Made by a program: the position numbers and the translations under genes
The notes under the pieces: generated by a model
The model's input: only the letters and a program-made list of their open reading frames with translations
The model's database searches: none
Told to the model about the DNA's origin: nothing
Shown: positions 17,950 to 64,000 of the stretch, piece after piece
Layout: the number at the start of each line of letters is the position of its first letter
How positions within the stretch are numbered: position 1 is the stretch's first letter
Assembly (NCBI GenBank): GCA_012295275.1
Contig: CM022665.1
Coordinates: 27,590,001-27,654,000, forward strand
DNA length: 64,000 nt
DNA from: Chrysomallon squamiferum
Lineage: Eukaryota > Animalia > Mollusca
Direction: 5' to 3'

Positions 17950-18317
17950 TAAATAAATAACTAGACAATTAGTTTTATTTATTTCTACGAAATCGGTTAA
18001 GCATTACTTTAAGTAATGTCACTGCGTATTATTTCCGCCCAGCATGTAACACAGTCATCTATTTCTAGCAGTTTTTGGTACTTGATCCGCGTCTATCGGT
18101 AAATTTATATTAACAGTATCACGCAACGCCAGTTGGTTTTTCCCAGTCAAGGCCCCACGTTCTCTATCGCTGAACGACATCGGAAGTGCGACTGGTTCAG
18201 TCTGTTTACGCCAAAACATTAACTTTGTGTTCAAAATGGATCCGTTTCATTAGATGGACGGAGACCCTCAGATTGAGGGCTTCACCGCCGGGTTTAGGCG
18301 TGGCACCTCTGAATCTG

Positions 18318-18320
<3 letters not shown>
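17950..18320 (+). promoter_or_regulatory. Candidate CpG-rich promoter / 5' leader of the trh-like gene
   Basis: CpG-dense, repeat-free block with an ETS-like CGGAAGTG at 18181. It precedes a strong splice donor and the onset of CpG depletion. Confidence 0.45.
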
Positions 18321-52789
<34,469 letters not shown>

Positions 52790-52814
52790 TGACATACAGA
52801 AATATATGAGACTT

Positions 52815-52846
<32 letters not shown>

Positions 52847-55791
52847 GTGTATATATATTTGGATGAAGCCTAGTTTAAAACATCTCATTATAAATATGTA
52901 CTTGCATATTTTCATACAGAGATATGCTGAATTTTATATATGTTTTTATTATTGTGTTTTTGAAAGTATGTTTTGTTTCAGTTTTAGGGGGTCATTTAAT
53001 ACCTTTTTGTCTCTTTGTTTTACAATATTCTTCAGCGCACAATACAAAAACCAGATTTTTTTTTTTAAAGTATGCAGTTTATTAATTGTATACATTTCTT
53101 GTGGGGTTTTTATTTTGTTTTTTTATTATATTCAGCCAAAACTTGAATATATAAGGATAGCCAGAAAATTTGATTATGTAATAATAATAATAATAATAAT
53201 AATAAGAAGAAGAAAATATAAATAATAATAAAAAATATAAATAAATAAATAAATAACATTTGATCATGGAACAAAATGAAATGTACTAGATAATTGCATA
53301 ATTTAGTTTTTTAAATAGCTGTTTGAAATGAGTATGAACTGATTTTTGTTATTACATTGTATGATTTCATTTTTTCACTTCTTGATGAATCTCACTGGAC
53401 CGACCATTGGCCCATTGATGTGTTTAGACCAGTATAAATACAAGTCATATTTTACAGCTAGTAACTTCGCACACCATTATTTTCAATAATCAGATTTCAG
53501 TTCTCATCAAATGTCGTCATTTATTTTTCACAACATAACCAGAAGTGATCTGTTTAACACATTGTTTTTGTTGAGCTTGTTGTTATCTAACTAACTAAAA
53601 AAAATATGTCATGCACTAAACATTGATGCTAAAATGAATCTGTATTTCTAATTAATTAACCTTTTTGTTGCTGTGTAATGGCAGGAATTGGAACAATGGT
53701 AAAAGTAGGTGAGAGCCAGGCATTGTACAGTGATACGATACACCAGAGATGCTGTTACAGATGGTGACTACAGGTACTCAGGAGGTTATAAAAGTGTAAG
53801 ATGTTTATCATTAATCCAGGCATTTGTCTTATAAAAAGAGTTAGGATGAATTATTACCCAAATGTCACCATAGCCTTAGTAATACACTGGCTGTTATGTG
53901 TCGAAAATTTTATTATATTTTGGGTTTTTAGGTTGAAAAAAAAAAAATTAGATAAATAAAATAAAATAATAATAAAATTAATCAAAAAAAAAAAAAAAAT
54001 AGGAGAAAAGTAATACATAAAAATAAAAATAATACAGAATGTCTAATTTTGTTTAAAAAAAGAAAAAAAGAAATTCAGTTCAATAAAGTACAGACATGGA
54101 GAAGAAATTTTAGTGAAGGATATTTGTAATAAAATGTTTTTTTTTGTTTTTTCACATTCATACTCATTTGACCAGGTATACATGTTATTATGGAATACAA
54201 ATTTTAACTTGAATAATGTTTTTTGTCAGACTGCAGACTCATTTTACTAGGCATATGTGTGCAAAATTTAGTTAAGATGTAGAGATTCTAAACAGAATTA
54301 TTTTATATCAAAACCAGATTCAGTTTCTTAAGGTGTATGTATTCACAACTTGATAAAGGAGTGGAAGGTTTAAGTGGAAAGGTTTGTTTTTTTTTTTGTT
54401 TGTTTTTTTTTAGCTGCTAATTTAATGTGCAGGTGTATAAAACTTAGATTTTTACTCAAATAGACCAAACCCGTAGATGAACTGTGAAGTACCTTCATGT
54501 TTCTTTAAACTGAAATGTTTTGAAAAGTAGATTTTTCTGATTTTTCTTGTAACCTTAGCATTACCATGTGCAGTTGTGTATTTTCAGTTGTTTTTTTTTT
54601 TTTTAATTAGATGCTTGTTATAAGGCCAAGTTATAAGAATCTTTCATCGACACATTTTTTTTCAATACAGTGAAATACGCACAAGAGAAACATTCCAAAC
54701 TTTGCAATGTGTCCGGTTTTATCCAGTTATTTTAGTATTGTTACCAGCCAACCAAAGAAAGAGTTCACTCAAACTTTAGTGAATTTTATTGTTTGTTATA
54801 TTTGCCATGTTGACCTAGTAATGGATAAAAAATATTTTTTAAAAAGACCTTTAAAAATATTTTGACACGAGGACACCATACACACAGATACAAACATATG
54901 CACGTACATGCGCACATGTGCACATACAAACACACACACAGAGCATGATATTTAAAACCACTTTTGTTATTAAATAGATGCTCCCACCACATAAAAGAAC
55001 TTTAAAAATCCTTAAAGTAAAGGTTCTTGAAGCATCAATTAGTTTATTACATTGCTTCCCTAATATATATTTTTTTATATTGTCAGTGTATGCCAAGACT
55101 ATATTTTGTAATAAAAGACATTTTATTTGGTGCTTTTATAATGTGTAGAACTGAAATTGAAAGTACTGTTATTGTTTTATTTTTTAACCATGTTCCAAAG
55201 AAACAAAAGAAGCTTTTTAGTTGCTTTTTTAGTATAATTTTTACCAAAAAAAAAAAAAAAAAAAAGTGTTGTAAATTGTTTGTTTTTGTAATAACTTTGT
55301 TAGATGTATACATTATTTCATAAAAATCATTTTAGAAGAAACAAAAAAAATAAGAAAAAAAATAATTAAATAATTTTTTTTTTCTATGCATTTGGTAATG
55401 GAGTATTGAATGCAGTATTATCAACTAAATTAAAAAGAATGGAAGACACAGAGAAACAAAAATAAATCATCAACTCTAGCTAAACTTGGGGTGAATAACC
55501 AGAAAGATTTTTATAGAACTCATTTTTACATACAGTTGGTTTATTTCTTTATCACAATTCTTTACTTAATTGCAGTGAGTATAATGTATTTGGTTTTGAT
55601 TTAAAGAGATTAAATAAATGTGGTATTTAAAGATTGAAGAAACAGAGACTGGAATTACCATGCAAAACAAAGCCAGTGTCATTGAAGCACAAATGAATTT
55701 GTCTCAAGTCGGTGAATGTATAATGCCTGTCAACACTTTGGTATTTTCATTAATTTAATATAATTTAATTTAATTTTATTTTAATTTTAAT

Positions 55792-55822
<31 letters not shown>

Positions 55823-56385
55823 TTTGTATTGTTTTCAATTATTATTAAATTACTTTTTCGGTCATGCTTTGTATTTAAATCTTTAAGTGAAAAAGATTAA
55901 TAACTGAAATTCCTTATTGTCTCAAAGTGTAATTATTTTGATGCATAAAACCTGTTACTTTTGCATAATTATAGTTATTTATATTTTCTAAATGTGTTCT
56001 AATGACTTAAAAATTTGCATAAATATTAAATTTTATTGTATGAATTTGGAATTGGCATAAATATGGCTGCTGATAAATTATTTTGTGCCATATTATATTA
56101 CATACATTGACAGTTTTTGTTGTACTTTTGTTTATCTGATCCTCGAAATGGCATAATTATATCATATGCAGTTTCTTATTTGTAATTTTATTTTCAGGGG
56201 CAGCTTTTGTATATTATTTGTCAATATCAAAGCAACAAAACCATCGTCGTTTGTAAAGTAGTTTATTACTTAAAAATAATTTTGCTGCTGTTTGATCAAA
56301 GATATGAAAAATCCTGCTATGGGTAGTTTAATCTGATGAAACCAGTGTTTGCATAAATTATTATAATTAAATACATCAGAATTAT

Positions 56386-56421
<36 letters not shown>

Positions 56422-56443
56422 AATACTGATGAAAAGCTTATTT

Positions 56444-56449
56444 AATAAA
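56444..56449 (+). terminator. Candidate distal polyadenylation signal (AATAAA), implying a 3' UTR of about 3.7 kb
   Basis: AATAAA about 120 nt before CpGs reappear. Other AATAAA hexamers exist (e.g. 54082), and the hexamer is common in this AT-rich DNA. Confidence 0.25.
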
Positions 56450-57680
56450 ATCTAAATAATTATGGTTATGATGAAATCAGAAGTATTGTAAAACTGTATA
56501 GATAAATGAAATTCCATGTAAAATATTTTTATTTTTATGAATTAATATATACCTAAATCTATCACTCGTTTTATAAATTGTTATTTTCACGTTGTTCTGA
56601 GAATGTCAGGTAAAAAATAACGAAGCCTGTTTTGTTATTACACATTAAACAATAGAAAAAAAACCATACACCTATTTACAAGTGCTAAGAATCTATGTGA
56701 GAATAAAATAATTAAATAATAGGCTTCATAAATTCGGTTATTAATGCTTACTTCTACTAAATAAATATAGGTAAAATTCTGCAAGTCAGAGGTGCCTGTA
56801 ACAAACTTTTTTTGAAAGTTCAGTTGTATAAGAACGCTATAAAATGACCGTAATCGTAAAATAGACTGCAATCAAACTTCAGAGATCTCATGCGTAACGC
56901 ATTACCGTTCGGAGTTAACATGTTATAATGTTACTATAGTGTTCCAATCAAATTGGAAGAGATGCTTTATACATTTTACTGATTGATTACTGTTATATCA
57001 ATTGTTTCTCTGTTTGAGACTAAACTTTATTTATATTTTATTTGTATTACTCATACAATACGTATGTTATTTTTATCTCCTTCACTATTGTATATGCCGT
57101 ATTTGAATATTAATATATGTACATAACAGATCCATTATGTGTATATAAACATGAAATTTTAATAATGAATTTAATTTGTTTTAATTGTTTTGAAATGGCG
57201 ATAGCAAAACATAATGAACAGAAAAAAAAATAATTTTTAAAAATGTATCTATGATCATTAAATGTAATTATTCATGTGATATGATGCTTTTACTTTTCTT
57301 AAAATAAAATCACTTTTTAATTCATTTTTTAAACAAGCATATTTAGTTTTTATCACAGACAAGAATATTCAGTTTATATTTCAGAAAACGTTTTTGGTTT
57401 TTACATCATTTTTACATAATTGTGAAGAACGCAGTTGGAGAGGAGCTTTTTTCTTTGTTTGTTTTTGTTTTCTGTCATGAACAGCCCACAAAATAAGTAA
57501 ATTATTTTATATTCATTAAATATTTAGAGTTCCATATCAAAGTTAAAATAAACCCAAAATTGTTAATAATAATAATAACCACTCGTTGACTCCACACATA
57601 TGTATTGTAGACCATTGATGACAGAAATTATCATAAGGAAAATCTATCATTACGTTATTAATATTAAATGACTCATTCAG

Positions 57681-57728
<48 letters not shown>

Positions 57729-59351
57729 TATACATACATACATATATATGCATGTGTGAGTGTTTGTATATATGTTTATGTGTGTGTTTGTGTGTGTATG
57801 TATACGTATATGTATGTATGTATGTATATATATATATAATGTCTAACTGAAACTGAAAATGATTTATTCTTTTAACAATTATGCTGTTTCAATAAAATAA
57901 GTAACTGTCGTTATTGGTTTTTCACTGTTCATTATATATGAATGCTCATGTCCATGATATTAACCAGTGTGTTAATAACTAATATTTTTATACTGTTATT
58001 AACTGTGTTAATATTTGCTGTGACGGACATTTAACCTTATGTCGTCCGTTTTGTTGTGCTCGAATATTTTTTGTGTGCGTTGTTCAGATGTAAAACAAAA
58101 TATAAAGGATGTTCAATATTTTTCTTTTTAATCAGTGGCAAACAATAAACCAAATATATCTTTATAGCTGAAAGTGTGGGTTATTTATCAAAAAGTAACG
58201 AGAGGAGAAAGATTACAACCGATATGTATATAATACATAGCATGCACATCATATCATAATTAAATTCCATTAGCTTCAAGCCTTTGCAGCTCGTAGGTTG
58301 TGTGTTACAACTGCAAAAACGTGAGATATAAATATCAGAGATCTCAAAGAAACATTAGCACAATGAAATAAGATACTTTTGTAATAATGGTGTTAAGGTC
58401 GCTGCAGCAGAAGTCAGTGCAAACAAACTTCCTTGTGTAATCGTGTGAAAATATTCAGGCCATTAATCAGATGACATCAGTAAAATAAAAAGAGATTTAA
58501 AATTAATTTTTGACACCATCAGCGATGATAGTACGGTTAGCTGTTGTGCAGAATTCAGTACATTCACGCTCAACTTTCTTTTTTTTTTTTTTTTCAGAAT
58601 AACGAACTGGCTTAAATATTCCGAAATTTCTAAAATAATAATAAACTGTTTATGAATTATAATCTTTACCTGTATGGTAAAATAATGGAATACTTGTAGA
58701 CGTTAGGATCTCGAAGCGTAATCTAAATTTTGTTTCTGATGGTTTTGAGGTTTCTGAAGCGGCGAATGTAGCGAAGGTAATCAAATAGTGTGTGAATTAC
58801 TGACACCTGCATTGATGTCACCGTGTTCAGTAATTTAACTGTCAACACAATAATGTTTCATCTGATGGTTTTTCTCATTATAGCGGGATGGTTTAAAGCT
58901 GTTTATTTCCTTGATGTGACTAGAACACAAGCGGACGGGCGTGTGTGACTGAAGCATCAATAACACCTGTATGAGAACATCACATCTCAGCACGGTGTGT
59001 GAATGTAAAGGTCAGACAGACAGAACTGATTAGCGCCATGATTAGTTGGTCCTCGGGGTATATGTCTAGATACGCTGTTACTGCTTAATATAAAGAGCTG
59101 TGGATGGAAACATTTATTTCAGTGGAATATTAGCGTTAATACAGGTGTCTGTACCGCTCTGAATATGACCCATGTATGGAAAAAATTCGTTATTCCATTT
59201 TTTATTATTGAACAAACAAACAAACAACAAAAATAACAAAAACAAACAAAACAACAAAAAAAAGTGAAAAAAATAACAATAACAAAAAAATAACAAAATA
59301 ATAATAATAATAGTTGTTTTATATATCCCATAAAGCCATCTACATATCTAG

Positions 59352-59464
59352 CTCTCTCTCCCCCTCCCTCCCTCTCTCCTCCTCTCCCCCCCCCCTCCTC
59401 CCTCCCTCCCTCTCCCCTCCCTAAATCCCCCTCCCTCCCCTCCCCCTCCCTCCCCTCCCCTCTC

Positions 59465-59539
<75 letters not shown>

Positions 59540-59600
59540 CCTCCCTCCCTCCCTCTCCCTCTCCCCCTCCCCCCATCTCCCTCCCTCCCTCCCTCTCTCT
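59352..59600. repeat. Polypyrimidine tract: C-runs flanking (CT)n
   Basis: About 250 nt almost purely C/T. Confidence 0.95.
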
Positions 59601-60519
59601 GACTTTCTCTCTTTAGCCAGCCACATGTAGGCACAACATGCGATACAGTCCATACTTTCACAACTGAAATGCCAAGCAGAATGACTAAAACGTAATACAA
59701 CAGACTTTTTCACCCTGCAATCAAAATGTGTCCAGGTGTTCCATTATTTAGATGGAGTTTACCAACAATAGTCTCTACTTAACGCATCAATTATAGATAC
59801 CTGGCACATATGGTCACTTCTGTTAAGTGTAACTTCGCGTGAACAGGTAATCGATTACAGAGCTTTAAGGTAATATTATGTGAAAGATTTTCCAATCGAC
59901 TCTGTTAGAACAGCATACAACATCATTTTATTTTATTGGTTTTTCCACCGGCTGATGTAGTTATGTATTGAGAACCAATGCATATGACAAAATATTTATT
60001 TAAAAAAAAAAAAAACATGCATTTAATATTAGGAATGGAGTATTATATTCTATTCCTACTTCGCTGTATGGATTTCGTTAATGGAAACAGTTTTTAACAA
60101 TAATTATTTGGCAGGTTTCGGATGTATTCACTGAATATGCGGTTATGTGAAGATATGCATTTAATATCATTCACTGAACAGACGATGTAAATTTGATTAT
60201 TAAATGGATAATTAAATTGTATTCGTAAACTGCCGGATGGATTCTGTTAATGGAAATTCTCAATACGAAACTTTTATAATTTTTAACTGGCTGTTTTGGA
60301 ATGTCTGATTCAACTGAATGATTCGTAATGTATTTATTGTGTTGGGGTGTCATTTTGTGTATTGTGATAAACATTACTCTTCCACTGAATGAAGAACATG
60401 GTAAGGTTTTATTTGTTTGTAATTTTTCTCTTCAGCATTCGGCACAAAACCAGGACCCATAACCGTAACCGAATCTGTTGGAAATATTTATTTCAGCAGA
60501 TTTCTGACGTTACTTTAAA

Positions 60520-60572
<53 letters not shown>

Positions 60573-60612
60573 TGAATGAACACATTGACAATTAAATTTA
60601 TAATTACTATAT

Positions 60613-60907
60613 AAATATAAACAAAGACATCTTGAGTATTTTTATTTTAGTATGTTTTTATGCATGATTATGCAAATACGTACATAATTTTATAAGGTCG
60701 TTAATGACAGATAATCATTTGTTTTACAGATCAAATTTTATGAACTGAACACGACGTTTCAGTTAAATAAATTATTCGCTTTTTTAAATAGACCTACCAT
60801 TTCTCACTTTCCTCAATTTATGCGTATTTTAATAAACTCTGCTGGAAAAAAAGCGTTTGTTGAAATCACGACTAAACAATTTTTAAAAGTTTTTAAAAAA
60901 AATAAAC

Positions 60908-60911
<4 letters not shown>
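60613..60911 (+). mobile_element. Dispersed ~300-bp element, copy 2, followed by a ~470-nt (AAT)n tract
   Basis: Direct repeat of 13261-13557; both copies give the spurious MRILINSAGKKAFVEITTK ORF. Confidence 0.8.
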
Positions 60912-61381
<470 letters not shown>

Positions 61382-61779
61382 GTCATCGTCGTCATAATCA
61401 TCACCATAAAAATAGGAAAAGAGAAAGGAAGAAAGAAAATGAGAGAGAAAGAAAGGACTAAATGAATATTCAAAGTAGAATAGTTAATTGTTAAAATATG
61501 ATTTATTAATATAATAAAGGCGGAATATATATATATATATATAAATTAATGAATACGTAATTAGATAAATACAGTAAAATAATCTAGAGCAAGGACATAA
61601 ATAAATGTGAAAAGAGTAAAGAAAAACAGGAAGCAACCAAAGGACATAGTCGAGTGAATGGAAAATTCAGTAACTTCTAAATTTGCAGTTTTTCTATAAT
61701 TTTAATTGTTTGCAATTAATAATAAATGTATTTTTTAAAATGCACATATAATATTTTATTATTATATAGTTATAATTTG

Positions 61780-61817
<38 letters not shown>

Positions 61818-62545
61818 TATATACACAAACTGTTTATATCGTACACATATATTTAGATATAAATAGTCTCATTTACTGATTGAGAGGCAAAAAGGCAAAC
61901 AAATAAATGTGGATAGTTAAATAGATAGATAAATAAATACACTGACTGACTGACTGATTAATTGGTTGATATATATATATATTATTATGTTTTCTTTAGA
62001 TTTATTTTGTAGATAATTCCAAACATGTTATGCATACTTGTTACTTATATAACACTGCAGTTGAGTGTCACTGATTTTCTTATTTTAAAAAATCAATAGT
62101 TTGTACAGGTTTCTACTTGGAGAATTCGTGACATACGGTGTTAATAAGGACGTAGTAATTAATCAGACTAGAGTACGAGACTAATAATAAATCTAAAATA
62201 TCAGCAACTCACCGGTGTCAATCTTCTTGTATTATGCGTAATGGATATTCAGAATACATCGCGTATTTTAAGGTATAAAATCATCTCGTCCAGGACTGTG
62301 ATCTAACGAATTACAGTTGCTGAGTGGTTTTTCTACATCCTAATATAAAGTATTAACCAACTTGGCAGGTTTTAAGATCGATCAGCTCCGTAATATGGTT
62401 TTCTAGCGTTGTCAGAAAAATATATTACATTTTACAAAAATGTTCAGTTTTAAAAGGTTTTATTGCAGAGAACAGTTAACTGATTTCGTAAATTATGTAC
62501 TGAGGAAGAAAATAATAAAGAGATATATCAACAGATACATACACA

Positions 62546-62614
<69 letters not shown>

Positions 62615-63380
62615 GAAATTACGAGATATTGGTTACTAAATACCAGGGGGGAAAAACAAATAAAACAATATGCCTGACATTCAAAATACATATTTTTTTT
62701 CACTCCATCTATATAATTTTATGATCCATTTTTTCACATTTATTTATTTGCTATTTTTACGCGTTTTAATTGTAGAAGCACTAAAAATCAAAGTGTCAAA
62801 ATAAAGGTTACATTAACAAAGAAATAAATGTTAGAGATCAAAGCAGAACGCAGTAATGAAATAGTATAATACTCAATAGGTAGGAAATAAATTTAAAAAT
62901 GAAAACAAAATAAAATATATATATTAATAACAATAATTAAAAAAAAAAAAAAAAAACGAAAGAAAAATCAATATCCGAACACGAAAATAGAACATCTAAA
63001 AAAAAAAACCCTTGTATATGAAATTACGTCTCGCTTCTAAAATGTCACGTTATTCGAAATACTAGAAAAATTCTATTATTATTACACGCTGGTTTATTAA
63101 CACCAGTAATTTCACATTACAGACAGATGTAAAACTTACTAGAACGTTTGTGTTTCTAGCGCGCCTACGAAACGTATCAGTTTGAAATATAAGGAGTGAA
63201 AAGTAGAATTTAAATCTTAGAACGAACATAAAACATTCCATTGTTGAGAAAAATGAAACAAAAGAAATATGTATATATATGTATATAAAATACCCATGGA
63301 AAACAGAACATCAGAAACCCCACCCCCAAAAAAAAAAAAAAAAAAAAAAAACAAACAAACAAAAAAACAAAATGCTGGGT

Positions 63381-63400
63381 CTACTATTACTGCTACAGCA

Positions 63401-63438
<38 letters not shown>

Positions 63439-63734
63439 AACAAATGGTGGGACTATTAATACTACTACTTCATCTTCGATCATCACCACTACTTTTACTA
63501 CTACCACTAGTACTACAACTGCTACCTCTGTTATATCTGTTACTACTGTCACAGTTTTTGCTACAAATATTACAACAATAACAATCACAACACCTACTAC
63601 TACTACTACTACTACTACTAAAATAATGACAAGTTATGATGGGTAGACTATTTTCCGTTTATGACAGCATATCACGATCGACTGGCTTATAAAGCCGATG
63701 ATATGTACTTTCTGTTTATAGGAAAGCGAATTAA

Positions 63735-63786
<52 letters not shown>

Positions 63787-63797
63787 CTCTCTATCTA

Positions 63798-63834
<37 letters not shown>
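63381..63834. repeat. (ACT)n, (TCTA)n and (TA)n microsatellites
   Basis: Direct reading. Confidence 0.9.
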
Positions 63835-63838
<4 letters not shown>

Positions 63839-64000
63839 GGAAAACATATCCCATGGAAAGACTATAGTTAGTTCACGTGGAGATGAAGAATCGTCAAACA
63901 TTAATTAATTAAAGTTGTAAGAGTTTCAGCAGTCATACACTGAGAACTAAATTGACAGACGCAACAAAACCGATGTCATTAATTTGTAAAATGTACACAA

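Noticed and set aside
59119-59713. 193-aa and 121-aa Gly/Arg/Glu-rich minus-strand ORFs
   Set aside because: Translation of the (GA)n and G-run tract.
63217-63646. Thr-rich mucin-like ORF
   Set aside because: Degenerate (ACT)n microsatellite preceded by poly-A. The same pattern recurs at 36400-36690 inside an intron.

Overview
AT-rich, microsatellite-dense animal genomic DNA, not prokaryotic. It is probably lophotrochozoan and possibly a gastropod mollusc, which is an inference. The window holds one multi-exon gene on the + strand, a class I bHLH-PAS transcription factor of the Trachealess / NPAS1-NPAS3 family. I could splice 11 core coding exons (30726-52789) by hand with consistent phases and GT-AG ends. 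Two alternative phase-2 5' starts are possible: 18318-18346 plus 20407-20514 (about 906 aa), or 23861-23916 (about 879 aa). Almost all other ORFs in the track are microsatellite artefacts. Notable non-coding structure: (1) a CpG-depleted domain from about 18.9 to 56.5 kb that matches the transcription unit and contains CpG-retaining intronic islands; (2) a 2.2 kb foldback made of roughly 550-bp inverted arms at 2.8-5.0 kb; (3) a nearly identical 300-bp (AAT)n-tailed element on both sides of the gene; (4) a two-uORF arrangement over the candidate first ATG; (5) a 24-bp minisatellite whose last unit is a splice acceptor. I found no evidence for a novel multi-gene system, CRISPR array, RNA gene or autonomous transposon.
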